NCBI GenBank assembly: GCA_963783305.1
Contig: CAWAMW010000016.1
Span: forward strand, 320,001 to 384,000
Direction: 5' to 3'
Origin: an uncultured Gemmatimonadales bacterium
GTDB lineage: Bacteria; Gemmatimonadota; Gemmatimonadetes; Longimicrobiales; RSA9
DNA length: 64,000 bases
Shown: positions 22,259 to 31,132 of the stretch, in pieces
How the letters are laid out: every line of letters starts with the position of its first letter
Position numbering within the stretch: position 1 is the first letter of the stretch
Notes under the pieces: model-generated
What the model was told of the DNA's origin: nothing
Databases searched by the model: none
Seen by the model: the letters and a program-made list of their open reading frames with translations, nothing else
Position numbers and translations under genes: made by a program

Positions 22259-23793
22259 CCGGGGGCCGGAAGCCGTCGCTGGAGGTTCGTGCTCCGGCCG
22301 ATGGCTCCGTCCTGGGCTCCGTGCCCAACCTGGGCCCGGACGCGGTCCGCGCCCTCCTGGAGCGCGCCCGCCGGGCGCAGCCGGAGTGGGCGGGGCGCGG
22401 CGTAGCCGAGCGCGCCCGTCTGCTCAACGCCTTTCGTCGTCGTCTGGCGGAGCGGGCTGACGAGGTGGCGGAGCTGAGCAGCCGCGAGTCGGGAAAGCTC
22501 GTCTTCGAGGCGCTGGTGGGCGACGTGCTGCCCACCCTGGACCTCGCCCGCTATTACGCCGCCCGGGCCCCCGTGGTGATGAAGGGCCGGACCGTCCGCT
22601 CATGGATGGTCTCCAAGAAGGGGAGGGTGGAGCGGGAGCCGTTCGGGGTGGTGGCGGTGATCGCCCCGTGGAACTTCCCGGTCGTGAACCCGATGCGGGC
22701 CGTGATGGCGGCGCTGGTGACCGGGAACGCCGTGGTGCTCAAGCCCTCGGAGCTGTCTCCGCTTTCGGCGCTGCTGATGCGGGAGATCGCTACGGAGGCC
22801 GGGGTCCCCGAGGACGTGTTCATGATCGCCACTGGAGACGGGGTTACGGGCGCGGCGCTCGTCGATCCGGCGGTCCACAAGATCAGCTTCACGGGATCCG
22901 AGGCTGTCGGTCGCAGCGTGGCCGAGGCGGCGGCGCGACAGCTGATCCCGGTGGTGCTCGAGCTGGGCGGGAAGAACGCCATGGTGGTGCTCGCGGACGC
23001 CGATCTCGACCGCGCGGTGAACCTCGGTGTTCAGGGCGCCTTCTGGAATGCCGGCCAGATCTGCATTTCCGTGGAGCGTGTGTACGTGGAGGCGCCCGTG
23101 TACGATCGCTTCGTGGAGCGCGTCGTGGCGGCGACGGAGGCTTTGGTGGTGGGGAGCGGGCGTGAGCTTGATGCCGATGTGGGTGCGGTCACCACCGCCG
23201 CGCAGATGGACCGACTGGACCGGCAGATCGCGGATGCCCGCTCTCGCGGCGCACGGATCCTCACCGGCGGACAGCGGCTGGAAGGCCCCGGGCGCCACTA
23301 CGCCCCCACGATCGTGGCCGATGCGGATCACACCATGACCATCATGCGGGAGGAGAGTTTCGGTCCCGTCATGCCGATCATGAAGGTGGCCGACGCCGAG
23401 GAGGCGATCCGGAGGGCCAACGATTCCCCGTACGCCCTGGCGGCGAGCCTGTGGACGCGTCGACGACGCGGCGAGCGGCTGGTGCGCCGCCTCCGGGGGG
23501 GCATGGTGTCCGTCAACGATGTCCTCTACCACGGCGCCATGGCCGGGCTGCCGTTCGGCGGAATGGGGGCCAGCGGCTACGGCCGGGTTCACGGAGAGGA
23601 GGGGCTGATGGGGATGACCCAGGCCCGCGCCCTGCTCGTGGACCGCAGCGGCTTCGCCCGCGAGCCCATCGGCGGCTTCCCCTTCCGCCGGTTCGGCGTC
23701 GGCCGGGCGCGGGCCCTCGTCCAGCTGATCCACGGCCGTGGGGCCGCATCCCGTGTCCGCGGCCTCATCGGCCTGATCCGGGGTGGGCGGTGA
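22255..23793 (+). CDS. Aldehyde dehydrogenase
   Basis: IAPWNFP, LKPSE, FTGS, LELGGK, catalytic GQICIS, EESFGP, PFGG. Confidence 0.96.
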   Translation: MTGGRKPSLEVRAPADGSVLGSVPNLGPDAVRALLERARRAQPEWAGRGVAERARLLNAFRRRLAERADEVAELSSRESGKLVFEALVGDVLPTLDLARYYAARAPVVMKGRTVRSWMVSKKGRVEREPFGVVAVIAPWNFPVVNPMRAVMAALVTGNAVVLKPSELSPLSALLMREIATEAGVPEDVFMIATGDGVTGAALVDPAVHKISFTGSEAVGRSVAEAAARQLIPVVLELGGKNAMVVLADADLDRAVNLGVQGAFWNAGQICISVERVYVEAPVYDRFVERVVAATEALVVGSGRELDADVGAVTTAAQMDRLDRQIADARSRGARILTGGQRLEGPGRHYAPTIVADADHTMTIMREESFGPVMPIMKVADAEEAIRRANDSPYALAASLWTRRRRGERLVRRLRGGMVSVNDVLYHGAMAGLPFGGMGASGYGRVHGEEGLMGMTQARALLVDRSGFAREPIGGFPFRRFGVGRARALVQLIHGRGAASRVRGLIGLIRGGR

Positions 23794-23796
23794 CCA

Positions 23797-23826
23797 TGTC
23801 ACACCCGAGCTGCACGAGGCGTTGTA
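23797..23826 (+). promoter_or_regulatory. Putative autoregulatory ECF promoter
   Basis: TGTCACA-N16-CGTTGTA about 40 nt upstream of the ECF sigma ATG at 23864. Confidence 0.55.
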
Positions 23827-23863
23827 TGGTCGAAACCTCGCGATGGGTCAGCGGTTCGGTCCG

Positions 23864-24364
23864 ATGAACTACGACCGTCTGTTCGACCGGCTGTATCCGG
23901 CGTTGTTCCGGTATCTCCGGCGACTCACAGGGGACGCGGACGCCGCGGAGGATGCGGCGCAAGAGGCGTTCGTGCGCCTGACCGAGCATTCACTGCCGGA
24001 GGAGGAGGTGCGGCCGTGGCTGTTCACCGTGGCCACGAACCTCATTCGGGACCGGGCACGAAAGTCGGAGCGTCACCGGCGGCTCCAGCCGCACGTGCCG
24101 GACGCCCAGACGCCGGACCCGCCGGATGTGTCGGCGGCGAGATCGGAGCGAATCGCCATGGTGCGGAGGGCGCTGGAAGAGCTGTCGGAGCGTGACCGGA
24201 CCATGCTCCTCATGCGTGAAGAAGGCTTCAAGTACGCTGAGATCGCCACGGCCGTCGGCGTAGCCTCCGGGTCGGTAGGGACCCTGCTGGCGCGAGCCGC
24301 GCGACGCTTTGCCGAAACATACACCGCCATGAGGGCGGAAGAGACAATACATGACGCATCTTGA
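23864..24364 (+). CDS. ECF RNA polymerase sigma factor
   Basis: DAAEDAAQEAF, WLFTVATNL, region 4 EGFKYAEIA...SGSVGTLLARA. Confidence 0.95.
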   Translation: MNYDRLFDRLYPALFRYLRRLTGDADAAEDAAQEAFVRLTEHSLPEEEVRPWLFTVATNLIRDRARKSERHRRLQPHVPDAQTPDPPDVSAARSERIAMVRRALEELSERDRTMLLMREEGFKYAEIATAVGVASGSVGTLLARAARRFAETYTAMRAEETIHDAS

Positions 24365-25082
24365 AGACGGGACGCTCCAGGCTTTTCTGGACGACGAGCT
24401 CCCCGCCTGTACGCGCGCCGAGGTCGCCGAGCACCTGCTGGGCTGCGAGCGGTGCCACGAGAGCTACGAGCGGCTCGCACAGGCGAATGCCATGTTCACC
24501 CAGTCGGTCTCCGTCCTCGATGTGGAGCCGCCGGCGCGGAAGCCGGCGTCGGGCGCCCTCGGCGGGCGTACACGACGCAGCACCGCCACCTTCGTGAGGG
24601 CCGCCGGGCTCGTGCTGGCGCTGGCCGCCGCGGCCTCGGCGGCCGTTCCCGGCTCTCCGGTCCGCGAGTGGATCGAACGGGCCGTCGAGCCCGAGCCACC
24701 GCCCGCCCCACCGGCCGTTGTCGACGCGGAGGAGCCCGCGGCCACCGCGCCCACCGGCGTGGCCATCCGTCCTTCGAGCAGCGGTCGCCTTCTGGTGGCG
24801 CTGATCGGTCTCGAGGACATGGAGATCCGCGTGGAGTCCACGGACGGTGAGGTGGCGAGCGTCAGCGTTCTCGGCGCCGACCGGGACCCGACCTTCAGCA
24901 CCGGCTCGGGCCGCGTGGACGTGCGCGACGGCGCGGGCGGGATGGTCCGGGTGCGGCTCCCCGCCGGCGTGGACGGAGCCCGCGTCGAGGTCGATGGGAA
25001 CCTGTACGCGGAGAACCGCGACGGCACGCTCCAGTTGCGCGTCGAGGCCGACACCGTGGACGGAACCTTCATCTGGCGATGA
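24351..25082 (+). CDS. zf-HC2 (ZAS) membrane anti-sigma factor
   Basis: HLEDGTLQAFLDDEL...EHLLGCERC; one TM; beta-rich extracytoplasmic C-domain. Confidence 0.88.
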   Translation: MTHLEDGTLQAFLDDELPACTRAEVAEHLLGCERCHESYERLAQANAMFTQSVSVLDVEPPARKPASGALGGRTRRSTATFVRAAGLVLALAAAASAAVPGSPVREWIERAVEPEPPPAPPAVVDAEEPAATAPTGVAIRPSSSGRLLVALIGLEDMEIRVESTDGEVASVSVLGADRDPTFSTGSGRVDVRDGAGGMVRVRLPAGVDGARVEVDGNLYAENRDGTLQLRVEADTVDGTFIWR

Positions 25083-25753
25083 CGACCCTGGTCGCGTCCG
25101 CGCTGCTGGCCGTAGCGGGCGGACTGCCGCTCCAGGCGGTGGCCGTGGAGGGCGTGGTCCGGAGCTCGGAGAGTGGCTCTCCGCTGGCCTACGCCCATGT
25201 CCAGATCCTGGGCGACTCCGCGGCCGACTGGAGTGACGAACGCGGCGCATATCGGCTCGAGGGGCTCCCCCGCGGGGAATGGCAGCTGCGCGTGGTGCAC
25301 CCCGGGCACGACACGCTGGAGCTCGCCCTCTTCATCCCAGGCGACCGCCCCGTGCATCTCGACCTCACCCTCGATGCGCGGCCGGGTCCGGCCGTAGACG
25401 CTCTCGCCGATTTCGAGCCGTTCCAGATGGACTACACGCTGCCCGCCCTCCTGAATACGACCCGGATCGCGATGCTGCTCCAGCGTCTGTACCCGCCGAA
25501 CCTCACGCGGGAGCGGCGGGGTGGTGAAGCGGTCCTGTGGCTCTGGCTGGACGAGAGCGGCCGCGTGGTGCGCGGCCGGGTCTCATCCTCTTCCGGCTAC
25601 CCGGCACTCGACTCGATCGCGCTGATCGTCTCCGACAGCATGCGGTTCAGGCCGGCGCGCAACCGTCAGGCGGGCGTGCGGGTGATCGTACGGATCCCGG
25701 TGGTGTTCACGGTCCCGGACTCCACCGGCCGGGGCGCGGTGTCGTTGAACTAG
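25079..25753 (+). CDS. Carboxypeptidase-regulatory-like domain + TonB C-terminal domain protein
   Basis: Signal peptide; VEGVVRSSESGSPLAYAHV...SDERGAYRLEGLP; YPP...GEAVLWLWLDESGRV...SSGYPALD...RFRPA...IPVVF. Confidence 0.85.
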   Translation: MTTLVASALLAVAGGLPLQAVAVEGVVRSSESGSPLAYAHVQILGDSAADWSDERGAYRLEGLPRGEWQLRVVHPGHDTLELALFIPGDRPVHLDLTLDARPGPAVDALADFEPFQMDYTLPALLNTTRIAMLLQRLYPPNLTRERRGGEAVLWLWLDESGRVVRGRVSSSSGYPALDSIALIVSDSMRFRPARNRQAGVRVIVRIPVVFTVPDSTGRGAVSLN

Positions 25754-26070
25754 AAGCGGCTGCGCAGCGAATTCCGCGGGGATCCGGTCGCCTGGGCGAC
25801 CGTCGGGGCGGCGTCTGTCGCCATTCGGGTCGGAGCCTCCACGCGGGCGCCCCACACGCATTCCGGGCGAAGACAGATCCCGTGCCCTCGCTCGTCCTCC
25901 AGGAAGATCGCATGGCCCTGGCGGATGAGGAACAGGATTCGGCGCTGGAGGTCGATGGGGCGGTGGTTCCAGCGCGCGGTCAGGCTGACCTCGCCGTCGT
26001 CGGTGGCGAGCGTCACGCGCACGGTGGGAATCCGCGTATGGAGTGAGACCTGGCGTCGTGGGTAGATCAT
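25750..26070 (-). CDS. Hypothetical protein
   Basis: Globular-looking core IPTVRVTLATDDGEVSL...IFLEDERGHGICLRPECVWGARVE; start uncertain. Confidence 0.55.
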   Translation of the reverse strand: MIYPRRQVSLHTRIPTVRVTLATDDGEVSLTARWNHRPIDLQRRILFLIRQGHAIFLEDERGHGICLRPECVWGARVEAPTRMATDAAPTVAQATGSPRNSLRSRF

Positions 26071-26110
26071 GGCCACAAGGGTAAAGCCCGTGGCCGTGAC
26101 TGGCAACGGG

Positions 26111-27043
26111 TCAGACCCCTTTTTCCCGCCACAGCCGGTCCAGCTCGTTGTGCCGGGGCCCCACGGATTCCCGCCATTCGGGCAGCGCGTAGATCCCGCC
26201 GGACGGCGCCGCCGGACGGGGATCGGGCGTTTCTCGCCCGAGCACTTCACGCATTGCCCGCTGGAGCGCGCGGGATGTCTCCAGCATCCGCTCGTGGAAG
26301 ACGGTGTCCACGCCCGCGTGAGGGCTCATGTTCTGGGCGCTGGGGTGCAGCAGCCAGAGCACGTGCGGCAGCGGCGCCCCGGCCCGGACGGAGCTCCACG
26401 CCTCCTCGAAGACGGCGTCCGGGGCAAAGGAGCCGGGCCAGGGGACGGCGCGGCCCCGCTCCAGGCCGGCACCCTCCAGTCGTTTCAGGCCGGGCAGCGT
26501 GAGCGTCGGTTTCGAGTCCAGGCGGGTCGCCGCGATGGTGGACCGGAGCGCGACGTTTCCCAGTGCCACCACCACGCGCGGAGCCGTGGCCAGGAGAGTC
26601 TCACGTAGAAGGTGCAGACTCGAGGGCAGCTCCCCCACCGGCTGCCTCAGCTCGGCCACCCGAGGCTCGCCGCCCCCCCGCTCGGGGAGCTGGTTCAGCG
26701 CGGCCACGATGAACGTCTGATTGCGGTCCAGCCCCACGCCCGAGAGGAGCGCGTCCAGGTTCGCACCGGCGATATCGCCGCCGAAGGGGATGCGTGTGGC
26801 GTGCGCCCCCATGCTTCCGCTTCCCATGCCACCGGCGTTCCCCGGAGCGGCCCCGACCCACAATGTGTCGTGTTGTTGCCATGGCCCATTCCGACGCGAC
26901 CACACCAGGGACCGCCCGGCCTCGGCCCCTGTTGAAAGCCGGCAGGGCTCCGTCAGCCAGGGGTCCTCCAGGCACCCGGGATGCCCTGCGTGCGCCCGCA
27001 CGAAGATCCGGTGGTAGCGTGCTTCCGTGTCCGGTTGGCTCAT
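26111..27043 (-). CDS. Uracil-DNA glycosylase superfamily protein, divergent
   Basis: WVGAAPG (motif A), RIPFGG, LDRNQTFI, VVVALGNVA, LLHPS (motif B). Confidence 0.8.
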   Translation of the reverse strand: MSQPDTEARYHRIFVRAHAGHPGCLEDPWLTEPCRLSTGAEAGRSLVWSRRNGPWQQHDTLWVGAAPGNAGGMGSGSMGAHATRIPFGGDIAGANLDALLSGVGLDRNQTFIVAALNQLPERGGGEPRVAELRQPVGELPSSLHLLRETLLATAPRVVVALGNVALRSTIAATRLDSKPTLTLPGLKRLEGAGLERGRAVPWPGSFAPDAVFEEAWSSVRAGAPLPHVLWLLHPSAQNMSPHAGVDTVFHERMLETSRALQRAMREVLGRETPDPRPAAPSGGIYALPEWRESVGPRHNELDRLWREKGV

Positions 27044-27137
27044 GGCCGGCAAGCTGGTAGCGGCTGCGATCCCTCGCAACCCGTGCGGGAAGATGCTAGG
27101 CTGTGTGGGCGAAGCATCACGTACCGATGGAGCAGCG

Positions 27138-28421
27138 ATGAACGAGAAACGGGAAATCAGGCACCGCCGGATCGGAGACCGCGAGCTCCGGCCGGAGACG
27201 CTGATGATGGGATACGCCTACGATCCGCAGCTGTCGGAGGGGTCGGTGAAGTGTCCCATCTTCCAGACATCCACCTTCGTCTTCAAGAGCGCCGAAGAGG
27301 GCAAGGCGTTCTTCGAGCTCGCGTACGGACTCCGCGAGCGTGCCCCGGCCGAGGAGCCGGGGCTGATCTACTCCCGCATCAACAACCCGGACCTGGAGAT
27401 CCTCGAGGAGCGCCTGGCGCTCTGGGACCGCGCTGAGGCGGCCCTCGTCTTCTCCAGCGGTATGGCGGCCATCGCCACCACACTGCTGACGTTCCTGCGA
27501 CCCGGCGATACCATCGTGCACAGTGAGCCTGTGTACGGCGGGACGGAATTCCTCCTCTTCAACATCCTGCCGCAGTTCGGGATCCGCCGGTTCGGCTTCA
27601 GGGCGGGACGGGAGGGCGCGCTGGAGGAGGCGATCGAGAAGGCGGGGAAGGAGGGGCCGGTGAAGGTCATTCTCGCCGAGACCCCGGCCAACCCCACCAA
27701 CGCGCTCGTGGACATCGCCCGCTGCGCCGAGCTGGCCGATGAGATCGAGAAGAAGAATGGCGAGCGGCCGGTCGTGGCCGTGGACAACACCTTTCTGGGC
27801 CCGCTGTGGCAGCGACCGCTGGAGCATGGCGCCGACCTCGTCCTCTATTCCCTGACGAAGTACGTGGGTGGGCACAGCGACCTGATCGCCGGCGCCGTGC
27901 TGGGCGACCGGGGGCGGGTGGGGGCGGTGGCGGGAATGCGCACGATCCTCGGAACCATGGCCGATCCGTGGACGGGCTGGATGCTCATGCGCTCCCTCGA
28001 AACGCTCAAGCTCCGCATGACGGGCCAGATGAAGAACGCCCGCTATGTCGCCGAGTTCCTGCGGGATCACCCTCGGGTGAAGAAGGTTCACTACCTCGAC
28101 TTCCTTACCGAGGACGACCCGGAGTACCCGGTCTACAAGCGGCAGTGCCTCTCCGCGGGCAGCACGTTCTCCTTCGAGGTGAACGGCGGCGAGGCCGAGG
28201 CGTTCCGGCTCCTGAACGCCCTCAAGCTGGCCAAGCTCGCCGTCAGTCTCGGCGGCACTGAGACTCTCATGGAGCATCCAGGGACCATGACTCATGCCGA
28301 TGTCGAGGCCGAGCACCAGCTCGCCATCGGGATCACCCCCGCCATGGTCCGGATCTCCGTCGGCGTCGAGCACCCGGAAGACCTCATCGCGGACCTCGAA
28401 CAGGCCCTCAACCAGGTCTGA
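27138..28421 (+). CDS. Cystathionine gamma-synthase / methionine gamma-lyase family PLP enzyme
   Basis: PIFQTSTF, YSRINNP, SSGMAAI, ETPANP, VDNTF, PLP-Lys in SLTKYVGGHSD, AVSLGG, RISVGVE. Confidence 0.95.
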   Translation: MNEKREIRHRRIGDRELRPETLMMGYAYDPQLSEGSVKCPIFQTSTFVFKSAEEGKAFFELAYGLRERAPAEEPGLIYSRINNPDLEILEERLALWDRAEAALVFSSGMAAIATTLLTFLRPGDTIVHSEPVYGGTEFLLFNILPQFGIRRFGFRAGREGALEEAIEKAGKEGPVKVILAETPANPTNALVDIARCAELADEIEKKNGERPVVAVDNTFLGPLWQRPLEHGADLVLYSLTKYVGGHSDLIAGAVLGDRGRVGAVAGMRTILGTMADPWTGWMLMRSLETLKLRMTGQMKNARYVAEFLRDHPRVKKVHYLDFLTEDDPEYPVYKRQCLSAGSTFSFEVNGGEAEAFRLLNALKLAKLAVSLGGTETLMEHPGTMTHADVEAEHQLAIGITPAMVRISVGVEHPEDLIADLEQALNQV

Positions 28422-28434
28422 AGGCCTCGGGCGG

Positions 28435-28998
28435 TTAGATGCTGTTCAGAAGGTCGTCGATGGCCTTCTGGACAGCGTCCCGACTCGCCCCCAGCAGCAG
28501 GTTGTCCAGCATCTCTTTCGCGTCGTGCGCCACATCATCCGGATGATGGCGGTCGTCCGCCGATCGCACCACGTTGCCGATCGGGAGGAGCGCGAACTTC
28601 GGACCGTTCTCCTCACCCTCACCCTCCGGGTCCCCGCTCCCGCTGTAGCCTCCCTCCACCTCCGGAGGGGGGGCCGGGATGCTCGACTTCCACGGCTCCG
28701 ACTCCATGTCCGCGCCGTCCCCATCCGAATCGTCCGGCTCCACCGGCAGCACCAGACAGATCCGGCCATCAATGTTCCCCTCACCGTCCTCGCGCGCAGC
28801 CAGCGCCACCGACACCGGCGCCGCAAGCAGCGACCGGATGGTCTCCAGTGCGCTCGCCGCCACTACGCTCCGGGCGATCAGACGATCATCGTAGTAGTAG
28901 CCTAGCCCCACCGCACCTTCGGGCACGGCGTTGTGCTTGATCGAACGCGCCTCCAGAGCAATCGGGCTCGGGTGCGGTACCACAACGAGATGATCCAT
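28435..28998 (-). CDS. Acidic hypothetical protein
   Basis: GGAGG SD; MDHLVVVPHPSPIALEA...GLGYYYDDRLIAR...EPWKSSIP...FALLPIGNVVR. Confidence 0.75.
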   Translation of the reverse strand: MDHLVVVPHPSPIALEARSIKHNAVPEGAVGLGYYYDDRLIARSVVAASALETIRSLLAAPVSVALAAREDGEGNIDGRICLVLPVEPDDSDGDGADMESEPWKSSIPAPPPEVEGGYSGSGDPEGEGEENGPKFALLPIGNVVRSADDRHHPDDVAHDAKEMLDNLLLGASRDAVQKAIDDLLNSI

Positions 28999-29161
28999 GG
29001 GCCTCCGGGATCGGGTGCATCCGCTTGTTCTTCGGACGACCACGCCTCGTTCCCGTGACCGTCGTGCCCTCTTACCCTCCTTTCTCCCCTGGGTTCTATC
29101 GCGTCCCCCGCACCGCCGGTCTGAACGCCTCGCCCCCGCACCGGCCGCAGGGGGCTTCCCC

Positions 29162-29335
29162 CCGGCAGTGTGTGCCGGCCTGCACGGAAAAACGTGCCGG
29201 TCCGGCAATATGTGCCGCCCTGATTTCGGACGCCCGACGCGCGTCTCTTCTTGGCGTATTGTCGCATAAAGTACTGTGGGACAACGACTTACGTGTAATA
29301 TTGCAGTTCGCTGACGCGAGGGAACACTGTATGCT
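29162..29335 (+). promoter_or_regulatory. Putative enhancer (three phased palindromes) + IHF site + sigma54 promoter
   Basis: CCGGCA-N5-TGCCGG (29162-29178), GCACG-N6-CGTGC (29182-29197), CGGCA-N5-TGCCG (29203-29217); IHF-like GGACAA-CGAC-TTA (29279-29291) in an AT-rich patch; GG-N10-GC in GGGAACA-CTGT-ATGCT (29320-29335). Confidence 0.55.
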
Positions 29336-29383
29336 TTATGGACAGCCGGGTGGCAATCACAGGCAACAGCGAACGGGATCCTC

Positions 29384-30142
29384 ATGACGGAGACGGAACG
29401 TAGAGACTGGAGCCAGTACCGCACCACGGGGGACGTGGAGGTACGCAACCGTCTCGTGGAGCGGCATCTGGCGCTGGTGCATCATTTCGCCGGCCGGATG
29501 GAGCCTCGCACGGGCGGCGCGTTCGAGCGCGGCGATCTGGTGAGCGCGGGCGTGCTGGGGCTGATGAAGGCGGTGTCGTCGTTCGACCCGGAGCGGGGCT
29601 ACCGGTTCAGCACGTTCGCGGCGCAGCGGATCCGTGGGGCGATCCTGGACGAGATGCGGCGGCGTGACGTGGCGCCCCGGTCGGTGCGTCGTCGTCAGCG
29701 GCGGCTGGCGGACGCCCGCGCGTCCCTCACGATGGACCTGAACCGGCCGCCGCGGCATTCGGAGCTGGCGGAGGTGCTGGGTGTGGATCCTCAGACGCTC
29801 TGGCGCTGGAAGTGGGACATGGATCGGAGCCGGCGAGTGTCGCTGACGGAGGTGGTGAACGAAGAGGGTGGGGAGGAGGGATCCCGGGAGTTGTGGGCGT
29901 CGCAGTCTGGCAGCGTCGAGGACCGGCTTGCCCGTGAGCAGGAGGTGTCGCGGCTGGTGCGCGAAATGGAATCGCTGTCGGCGCGGGACCAGCTGATCCT
30001 GCGGCGCTACGATCTGGAAGCGAAGACGCTGCGGGAGATTGCCGCTGAGCTGGGTGTGACGGAGTCGCGGATATCGCAGCTGCGGACGCGCGCGTTGAAG
30101 CGTCTGCGAGCGCGCATGACGGACATGAGGGAGGCGGCGTGA
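29384..30142 (+). CDS. FliA/WhiG-family (sigma28-type) sigma factor
   Basis: RNRLVERHLALV, DLVSAGVLGL, FDPERGYRFSTFAAQRIRGAILDEMR, PRSVR, TLREIAAELGVTESRISQL. Confidence 0.93.
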   Translation: MTETERRDWSQYRTTGDVEVRNRLVERHLALVHHFAGRMEPRTGGAFERGDLVSAGVLGLMKAVSSFDPERGYRFSTFAAQRIRGAILDEMRRRDVAPRSVRRRQRRLADARASLTMDLNRPPRHSELAEVLGVDPQTLWRWKWDMDRSRRVSLTEVVNEEGGEEGSRELWASQSGSVEDRLAREQEVSRLVREMESLSARDQLILRRYDLEAKTLREIAAELGVTESRISQLRTRALKRLRARMTDMREAA

Positions 30143-31125
30143 CCGAGCGGGGCAGGCGTCATCGTGTGCTCGTGGTCGAGGATGACCCGGGTGTGCGCCA
30201 GATCATGGAGTCGCATCTTACGAAGCGGCGGTTCGACGTGCGGAGCGTCGGGTCGGGGGAGTCGCTTCTCAGCGCGTTGCGGGATCGGAAGCTGGACTAC
30301 GACCTGGCCCTGGTGGACGTGCATCTGCCGGGGATGTCAGGCGTGGCTCTGACGCGTCTCCTGCTGGCGGCCCGTCCGCTTTCGGCCGTGATCGTGATCA
30401 CCGGGGATGACGACGCGGTGCTGGGCCGGGAGGCGCTGAGCGCAGGTGCGACGGGCTACCTTCTCAAGCCGTTCCAGCTCTTCGAACTCGACGCCGCGGT
30501 GTCTCAGGCGATCTCCATGGGCGAGCTGGTGGAGGCCACCCAGACGCTGGCGCGGGCGCAGTCGGCCGGTCTGAATGACTGGGGCGAGTCGGGAGGCTCG
30601 CTGCCGCGCTCCTGGCTCCATGTGGGCGATGAGCAGTCCGGCGCCGGCGCCGGCCACGGTGCGCGTGTCGTGAGCGTGGCCGGGCTCCTGGCCAAGAAGG
30701 CGGGCGAGGACGCGCTGGACGCGAAGGGGCGGGACCTGCTGCGGACGGCGGCCCGGACGCACGAGATCGGTCGGCTGACGGGCGCGGGCGGGCGTCAGCA
30801 GGTGGCGCAGCGTTCGGCCAGGCTGCTGGAGGATCTCGGGTTCGATCGGGGCGTGTGCGAGATCGTCCGGCAGTCGGCCGAGGACTGGTCGCCGGGCCTC
30901 CCACTCACCGCGCGCGTCCTGGCGCTCGCAGACGGGCTGGATCACGAAGCGAGCCGCCGCGCGGCGGAGGGGCAGGAGGCCGACGACGCCATCCGCGAGT
31001 CCGTGGACGCCATCATTGGAGCTTCGGGCGACGGCTACGATCCGGGGCTGGCCGAGCTGCTGTCGGCGCAGCGCGAGCAGGTCGAATCCATGTGGGTCCT
31101 GCAGCGGCAGGTGGTGCCGGCCTGA
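30139..31125 (+). CDS. Response regulator with degenerate HD-GYP output domain
   Basis: REC: VLVVEDD, LVDVHLP, LKPF; HD-like segments HGARV, RTHEIG, RVLALADGLD but no HD, HHE or GYP. Confidence 0.8.
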   Translation: MTERGRRHRVLVVEDDPGVRQIMESHLTKRRFDVRSVGSGESLLSALRDRKLDYDLALVDVHLPGMSGVALTRLLLAARPLSAVIVITGDDDAVLGREALSAGATGYLLKPFQLFELDAAVSQAISMGELVEATQTLARAQSAGLNDWGESGGSLPRSWLHVGDEQSGAGAGHGARVVSVAGLLAKKAGEDALDAKGRDLLRTAARTHEIGRLTGAGGRQQVAQRSARLLEDLGFDRGVCEIVRQSAEDWSPGLPLTARVLALADGLDHEASRRAAEGQEADDAIRESVDAIIGASGDGYDPGLAELLSAQREQVESMWVLQRQVVPA

Positions 31126-31132
31126 GCCCGGC

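Noticed and set aside
27044..27137. SAM riboswitch upstream of the Cys/Met PLP enzyme
   Set aside because: Region is short and lacks the SAM-I core sequences
29251..29266. TTGGCGTATTGTCGCA as a sigma54 promoter
   Set aside because: GG-to-GC spacing is 9 nt rather than the required 10
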